A stretch of DNA of 64,000 bases from the human T2T-CHM13v2.0 reference genome, Homo sapiens: the NCBI GenBank assembly GCA_009914755.4, contig CP086569.2:16416001-16480000 (forward strand), written 5' to 3'. Position 1 is the stretch's first letter, and every line of letters starts with the position of its first letter. Below are positions 56,691 to 64,000 of this stretch, piece by piece. The notes under the pieces are model-generated. The model made no database searches. It was not told where the DNA came from and worked only from the letters and a program-made list of their open reading frames with translations. Position numbers and translations under genes: made by a program.

Positions 56691-57282
56691 CATATATTAC
56701 TGCATTGTCCACAACAAGTATATATGAGAACTATTGTGTATATCAATTTATTTATTTCAAATTGGTATTTGAATTTTTGTATATATATATTTCATATATA
56801 TATGTATAATTATTTGCATATATCAATCACAATTTTTAAAAGATGGTATTTTTTAATAATGTGCATATATTTGTGTATAATTTTTTTCCGAAAGAAAATA
56901 CTATTTTCAGGGTGCTTGAATTCATTTTAATCACCGCATACAGAAGGAAAAAGAGAATTTAAAACAAAACAAAAAAACAAATACAGACAATTTTCTATTA
57001 AATCTCTTTCTGAGTTGGGTCTTTGGGAGATGTGTCAGTAACATAATTCTTCACTTACTGATCCATAGAAGGTAACAATAAGTCACTTCATAGAGACAAA
57101 ATAGAGACTTACCTTTCTCTGACAGAAGATACCATCAGGAAATTAACTTGTAGTATTTTGTGAATTTTCAAATAGCCTGCTATGATAATAGGTGGATCCT
57201 AATCAGAAGGGTGGCAGACATACTCACATTGTCTGTGGTCTTTTTTTCCTCCCTTTTTTTTTTTTTTTTTTTTTTTTTGCAG

Positions 57283-57419
57283 GAACACTGAGACTCCTTT
57301 CCTGCTTGTCTTGTCCTACCTCCACGTGCACATGGCCTTGTTCTCCAGCAAGGACTTTGCCGGCAAAAGTAAACACGGAGTCTGTGGGGATGCTGTTGAG
57401 GAAATGGACTGTAGTGTGG
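57283..57419 (+). pseudogene. STSP1: Steroid-sulfatase-like exon (no stop in this block)
   Basis: Acceptor (t)n-gcag, donor gtatgt. Translation is [46 protein letters not shown], against [49 protein letters not shown]. Confidence 0.85.
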
Positions 57420-57597
57420 GTATGTCTCTCCTCGGTGAATACTTAGAAAGCTGCTAAGTCTTTGCTTCCTTGTGTTTTCTTTCTTGTCTATTTCCACCTA
57501 TGTTTCTGATGCCTTTAGAGACAGCAAGTGTATGGTGTTTTTTGAAGGTAACCAAAAATGCATTGATCCTGAAAGGTAAAGAGAATACAAAAAGCAC

Positions 57598-57810
57598 CTT
57601 CACCAGCCAGGGCAACATAGGGAGACCCCATCTCAACAAAAAATAAAAAAAATTACCCAGGTGTGGTTGTGCATGCTTGTGGTTCCAGCTACTTGGGAGG
57701 CTGAGGTGGGAAGATGGCTTGAGCCAAGGAGGTTGAGGTTGAGCTATGATTCTACCACTGCACTCCAGTCTAGGTGTCAGAGTGAGACCTGTCTCTTTAA
57801 AAAAAAAAAT
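57598..57810 (+). mobile_element. Truncated Alu (right arm / FRAM-like)
   Basis: ccagccagggcaacatagggagaccccatctcaacaaaaaataaaaaaaattacccaggtgtggttgtgcatgcttgtggttccagctacttgggaggctgaggtgggaagatggcttgagcc…cactgcactccagtctaggtgtcagagtgagacc. Confidence 0.65.
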
Positions 57811-60800
57811 CTTTGCCCCCATGTGCATGTCTGCAGTTGCCAGTGGATACATTGCAGGGGAAGTCTAGTCTGTGGTCTGAAGATGGAAGAGATTCATGAA
57901 GGAGAGAAGACAAAACATTAGTCCTTATTATCCCTTATTCTATCAGCAATGAAATATGAACAATGTCTTGTCATTATCAGTTAGATGTCTGGATCTTAGG
58001 CAGATAAAAGATGAAGGGGGTGAAGGGGAGGTTAGAGACTTGAGGCTTCTTCAGTTTAGCATGTCAAAATGCCATCTTTGGGGATATCAGTTGCTGAGTC
58101 CCAGCATGTAACCTCATTTTGTGCTGCCAGTGGTCTTTGTGCAGCAGGTGATGTTCTCATCATTCCCATTCCACAGGAAAAAGGCAAGCGAGGCTTGCAA
58201 GTTAAGTACACCCACCTCAGGTTACAGAATTCATAATGGATGAGCATGTGTTCAAATGCAGGTGTCCCACCTAGAACCTGAAATCTACATGACTTTATTC
58301 TTTTTCTTCCCATATAACAAGAAAGTGTGTATTATGTCAGTGCAGTCAACAACGTATCTCCAGGAAAGAGCCAGTTCATTTATTAGTCATGTTGACTGGA
58401 TGTCTTCACACCTCCCTGTCTGTCTCTGATCTTTGCTTCCATAATCTTGTCTCCTTCACTTACTCTGACACACCCGCCTCCCTCTTATAAGGACACTTGG
58501 GATTATGTTCGGCCTGACTGGATAATCCCACATCATCTTCTCATCTCAAGATCATGAACTTAATCTGCAAATTCTTTTGCCCTGGGGTGTAACATGTTTG
58601 CCATGGGGTGTAACATCCCAGGGATTAGGATGAGGGTATTTTAGGGAGGTCATTATTCAGCCTACATGAACCCACAATACACTATTTCAAGCTGATGCTT
58701 CTTTTAACTTTTTTTTTTTTTTTTTCAGCATTAGCTGAGCCACTTTCATGGTGGATCAGGCATCATGCTAGTTATTGGAGATATTCAATAAGATCCAGAC
58801 TCTGGCTTGTACAGCGTATGCTTTGGTACATAAAACACACATATCTAACATCTAATATTTATACTTAGACATATCTAAATGTATGTAGACACACCTATCC
58901 TTTAATCTCTATATACATTAGGCCTAACTAAAGTCTAATATATACATACCTAATGTCTATGTTATGTGACAGACATTACATGACACACAGTATTGCTGAT
59001 TTCACAAAGTGATATGATACCCAAAATGATGTATTAGTTCTAAGGGTTGGAACTCTGCAGCCAAACCTGCAGTGGATGTGGGTTGAAGGTACAAGAAGAG
59101 ATGATGCCTTAGCCAAGAAGGTAGGGTGTATCAGAGCTTACATGCAAAGATATGAAAGAATAATATAGGGAATGCTTTTATCTAACAATTTGTTTAGAAA
59201 TGTTGATTATCTTCTGTGTTTCCGGCATTGGGCCAGACACAACACTAAACATCAAACATGGTGTCTGCCTTGAAGGAAGTCATGTTGCAGTAGGTGGGTG
59301 GGTAGGTGATGGCGTGAAGCCTAGAAGACTGGTGAAATTTGATAAAGGTGCTGACACTTGTATGCACAAGATACTAATGACACAAAGGGAAAGAGAGCCT
59401 CACTTGGCGGTGGTTCCCAGGAATGTTTGCAAAGGAGATGTGGCTAGAAATGAGGTCACCAGTGGGTCTGTGCATCTGCTCTTATTCTCCTTCTATCTGT
59501 TTCTGCCTTTCCAACCCCTTGCTCTCTTTCAACATGCTGGAAGTGAGAAGAAGCAAATAGCTTGTCATGCAAACTGCAATTTGCTCAGGAAGGCCAGACT
59601 ACACGACGCCTGAAGCAAAGAGAAAGAGTGCTCTGTAGCATATCCTTTGGGCCGCAGGTACCTTATGAAACGATATACTTCTATTTACATATGCATGTGC
59701 ACATCTGGAGTCCTGTGACAGGCTGAACAAATGGGGGAAGGAACTAACTCCTACATCTTTTTTGACCTGGCACCTAGCACAAAAAGATGCCTGTTGCATC
59801 TGGATGACCTTTATAGGCTTCTCAGACATCCTCCCAGCCTCTTCCTTTAGGTCTCATTGTTACATTGCTCAATGCATTATGCATTATCAATATGTAATGT
59901 GGGTTCTATTAATGAACAAATGTGTTTAATCTGAACAGGAATAACCCCAGTAAGCTATCACTCTTTCAGCCCTTCTCTGTGTACTACGTTATTTTAGAGT
60001 AACAAAAAGTGGAAACATGTACTTCTCATATATGAAGACTTGGTGTCACTGGGCTGAACTAGGATCCACTCAGCCAGTACAGTAGGGCCAAACATCCACA
60101 CCAAACTTTTGCAGTGGGGGAAAGGAAGGTATCTATTTGCAGAGTTGCAATCAAGTAGAATGAGGCAGCTCTCACTTAAGATTCTACTTCCCTGATGGTT
60201 TGCAAACAAAGGCTTTTAAAGGCTAGGAGGCAGAGGCTACAGGCAGTCATAAGTCAGTACATGGAGGTTATATGTTCGTTTGACCTCAAAAGGCAGGACA
60301 TCCCAAAGAAGGGCACCTGCAGGTCACAGGTGGCTTCAAAGCTTCCCTGATTTGCAGTTGGTTGAGGAAGTGAAGCTTTGTCTGAACGATTGCTTTGGTC
60401 AGCAAAAAACAAACAGGATATCTGGCCTGTGGTCATGGCTTCTTCCAGGACCCTTGAGAAGAAATTTGGAACAAAGAATGTCAATGAGAGTTCAGTCCTC
60501 AGTTCCTCCTCACCTCTGGTTTAAGTCCAAGCAGACTGCATTTTCCATTTGGTAGCATTCCAGGTTTCTGAAAAACAACCCCTGGACATATGTTAACATG
60601 TTATCTTTAATTATTATAGGGAGCCAAACATTCTGTGGCTCTAACTTCCTTGTCTGTGGCTTTACACTACCATTACCTTCTTGCTCATTTATCTTTTAAA
60701 GATAGCTAGGTGCCTGGAATTTTTCTTGAAGGAACTCAAGATTTTTCTCTACTTCCATTCTGGGGGGAGCCCAGAAGACCCCTAAGAGGGGTCCTTGCTC

Positions 60801-61070
60801 CATCTCATCATTGTTTCAGTGTTATTTCCATGAGGCTATGGCCTATGAGGAGAGAGTTGTTTTTATTTCATGTTGTGGATGCCAGTGTCTCTAAAGACTG
60901 GAGTTCCAGGCTGCATTCCACACTCTCATTCATCTATTTATTCATTCTCTCTCTTACTGTCTGTTCAGTTCCAAAACAGCTTAGCAGCTGCCAAGGAGGA
61001 GATGTGTATATAAATCACAATGCTAGAAGTGGTTAGAGAGTAATAGTTTCTTAAGAAGGGTACATATATT

Positions 61071-62407
61071 GCAAAAAATTTCTCCCATTCTGTAGGTTGC
61101 CCATTAACTCTGATGGTAGTTTCTTTTGCTATGCAGAAGCTGTTTAGTTAAATTGGATGCCATTTGTCAATCTTGGCTTTTGTTGCTATTGCTTTTGGTG
61201 TTTTAACATGAAGTCCTTGCCCATGCCTATGTCCTGAATGGTATTGCCTAGGCTTTCTTCTAGGGTTTTTATGGTTTTAGGTCTAACATTTAAGTCTTTA
61301 ATCCATCTTGAATTAATTTTTGTATAAGGTGTAAGGAAGAGATCCAGTTTCAGCTTTCTACATATGGCTAGCCAGTTTTCCCAGCACCTTTTATTAAATA
61401 GGGAATCCTTTTCCCATTGCTTGTTTTTCTCAGGTTTGTCAAAGATCAGATAGTTGCAGATATGCGGCATTGTTTCTGAGGGCTCTGTTCTGTTCCATTG
61501 ATCTATATCTCTGTTTTGGTATCAGTGCCATGCTGTTTTGGTTACTGTAGCCTTGTAGTACAGTTTGAAGTCAGGTAGCATGATGCCTCCAGCTTTGTTA
61601 TTTTGGCTTAGGATTGACTTGGCAATGCAGGCTCTTTTTTGGTTCCATATGAACTTTAAAGTAGTGTTTTTCCAATTTTATGAAGTTTTGTGAAGAAAGT
61701 CATTGGTAGCTTGATGGGGATGGAATTGAATCTATAAATTACCTTGGGCAGCCTGACCATTTTCATGATATTGATTCTTCCTACTCATGAGCATGGAATG
61801 TTCTTCCATTTGTTCATATCCTCTGTTATTTCGTTGAGCAGTGGTTTGTAGTTCTCCTTGAAGAGGTCCTTCCCATCCCTTGTAAGTTGGATTCCTAGGT
61901 ATTTTATTATCTTTGAAGCAATTGTGAATGGGAATTCACTTATGATTTTTCTCTCTGTTTGTCTGTTATTGGTGTATGAGAATGCTTGTGATTGTTGCAC
62001 ATTGATTTTGTATCCTGAGACTTTGCTGAAGTTGCCTATCAGCTTAAGGAGATTTTGCGCTGAGATGATGAGGTTTTCTAGATATACAATCATGTCATCT
62101 GCAAACAGGGACAATTTGAATTCCTCTTTTCCTAATTGAATACCTTTTATTTTCTTCTCCTGCCTGATTGCCCTGGCCAGAACTTCCAACACTATGTTGA
62201 ATATGAGTGGTGAGAGACGGCATCCCTCTCTTGTGCCAGTTTTCAAAGGGAATGCTTCCAGTTTTTGTCCATTCACTATGATACTGGCTGTGGGTTTATC
62301 ATATATAGCTCCTATTATTTTGAGATACTTCCCATCAATACCTAATTTACTGAGAGTTTTTTGCATGAAGAGTTTTTGAATTTTGTCAAAGGCCTTTTCT
62401 GCATTTT
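61071..62407 (-). mobile_element. Inverted 5' segment of a twin-primed L1 insertion (ORF2 RT to C-domain, antisense)
   Basis: The minus-strand ORF 61785-62420 is an L1 ORF2 RT (…[60 protein letters not shown]…). The left end is the reverse complement of ggcaacctacagaatgggagaaatttttgc (…[10 protein letters not shown]). Confidence 0.85.
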
Positions 62408-63325
62408 GCAATCCACTCATCTGACAAAGGGCTAATATCCAGAATCTACAGTGAACTCAAAGAAATTTACAAGAAAGAAACAAACAACCCCATCAAAAAG
62501 TGGCCGAAGGATATGAACAGACGCTTCTCAAAAAAAAAGACATTTATGCAGCCAAAAAACACATGAAAAAATGCTCATCACCACTGGCCATCAGAAATGC
62601 AAATCAAAACCACAATGAGATACCATCTCACACCAGTTTGAATGGCAATCATTAAAAAAATCAGGAAACAACAGGTGCTGGAGAGGATGTGGAGAAATAG
62701 GAACACTTTTACACTATTGGTGGGGCTGTAAACTAGTTCAACCATTGTGGAAGTCAGTGTGGCAATTCTTCAGGGATCTAGAACTAGAAATACCATTTGA
62801 CCCAGCCATCCCATTACTGGGTATATACCCAAAGGATTATAAATCATTCTGCTATAAAGACACATGCACATGTATGTTTATTGTGGCACTATTCACAATA
62901 GCAAAGACTTGGAACCAACCCAAATGTTCAACAATGATAGACTGGATTAATAAAATGTGTCACATACCCACCATGGAATACTATGCAGCTATAAAAAATG
63001 ATGAGTTCATGTCCTTTTTAGGGATATGGATGAAACTGGAAACCATCATTCTCAGCAAACTATCCCAAGGACAAAAAACCAAACACTGCATGTTCTCACT
63101 CATAGGTGGGAACTGAACAATGAGAACACATGGACACAGGAAGGGGAACATCACTCACCGGGGCCTGTTTTGGGGTGGGGGAGGAGGGAGGGATAGCATT
63201 AGGAGTTATAGCTAATGTTAAATGACTAGTGCAGCACACCAACATGCCACATGTATACGTATGTAACAAACCTGCACATTGTGCACATGTACCCTAAATC
63301 TTAAAGTATAATAACAACAAAAAAG
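62408..63325 (+). mobile_element. 3' segment of the same L1 (ORF2 C-terminus plus 3' UTR, sense), ending in an A-rich tail
   Basis: It starts tttgcaatccactcatctgacaaagggctaatatccagaatctac ([15 protein letters not shown]), which directly follows EKIFA in L1 coordinates. It ends ctaaatcttaaagtataataacaacaaaaaagaagaag. Direct repeats aagaagggtacatata (61053-61068) and aagaagaagtgtacatata (63322-63340) flank it. Confidence 0.85.
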
Positions 63326-64000
63326 AAGAAGTGTACATATAAAAGGCTGTGGAGACTCAGGGCAGGGAGAAGTGACCCCTGACTGACAATCCCAGAGAGG
63401 CTTCATGGGGCAGAGAAGGAAAGACATCACATTTTGCAAAGATAGTTTGGTAGGGCTCAGACACACAAGAGGTATGGGTCAGAAAGTGAGCCTTGAGGGT
63501 CTTTAATGATGGCTGGGAACCCATGTTTTATCATACAACCCCACAAGTATGTCAGGAATTATTTTTTTTAAAGAAATGTATTGGATATATTAGAAAAAAT
63601 GTTTTGCTTGAATGTTGGAGATACCATCAATATGTGACACTATTAATGTCTCAGTCACTGTTCCACCACTGCTCTATTGCAAAATATTATCCTTTTATCA
63701 AACATAGTTCAAATTAAATTTACAGTTAAACATTGTTAAAATACAATGCCCTAAAAATAAGGTGGGGTTTCCTTCTAGTTATGGGAAGTAGGCTTCTGAG
63801 TGTCAAGACATCTTGTTCTCTAAAGCTGCAAACTCAAACACACACCTATGGTTTATGCAGACACAGAGAAATCACGGGATTTAACACCTGTTCAAAATAG
63901 CTTCCTTTTCTGAGTAATCACAACTTCTACTCTCCATCAAAACCCCTCAAAGATTCTTTTCTATTGGAACTTTTTTTTTTCCTTTTGAGAAACTCTTGCT

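Noticed and set aside
57454-57852. 132-aa minus-strand ORF
   Set aside because: It overlaps an Alu right arm and poly-A (translation includes the typical Alu-derived PRLECSG…SSWNHK peptide). It is a repeat artefact.
59200-59613. 137-aa + strand ORF in unique sequence
   Set aside because: It has no recognisable domain or motif, no splice or promoter context that I can see, and a length expected by chance in 64 kb. I cannot support it as a gene without homology evidence.
61785-62420. 211-aa minus-strand ORF
   Set aside because: This is L1 ORF2 reverse-transcriptase sequence inside the inverted arm of a truncated L1. It is annotated as a mobile element, not a host gene.

Overview
This window is primate (human-like) genomic DNA, not a microbial locus. 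Roughly two-thirds of it is recognisable interspersed repeats. There is no CRISPR array, operon, tRNA or rRNA gene, or coherent novel coding system; the long ORFs in the six-frame track sit inside transposon bodies or low-complexity DNA. The only gene-like content is a processed-looking series of five exon blocks on the + strand between 37.7 and 57.4 kb. They encode a close (~85-88% aa) but disabled homologue of steroid sulfatase (STS), with premature stops and frameshifts in four of the five blocks. This fits the Y-linked STS pseudogene (STSP1) or a related X/Y sulfatase-cluster pseudogene.

The 5' 9 kb carries three LTR7-family insertions:
- an antisense solo LTR7 with a 5-bp TSD;
- a ~6 kb env-deleted HERV-H provirus (LTR7-int-LTR7, tRNA-His-like PBS, gag CCHC knuckles, LDLK RT motif);
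- an older LTR7 that the provirus split cleanly in two.

Three L1 insertions are present:
- a full-length ~6.2 kb antisense L1PA with degraded ORFs;
- two 5'-inverted (twin-priming type) L1 copies with clear TSDs.

The window also contains more than 20 Alu elements, including a young AluY with a perfect 12-bp TSD and an Alu split by an LTR12-like insert. Older L1M/L1P tails, MIR fragments and many microsatellites are present too, notably a ~0.6 kb compound GATA/GGAT/GT array in an STS-like intron. The most interesting structural observations are the nested HERV-H-into-LTR7 insertion, an L1 and an Alu that reuse the same target-site sequence, and the pseudogene lesions. I see no evidence for an undescribed biological system.
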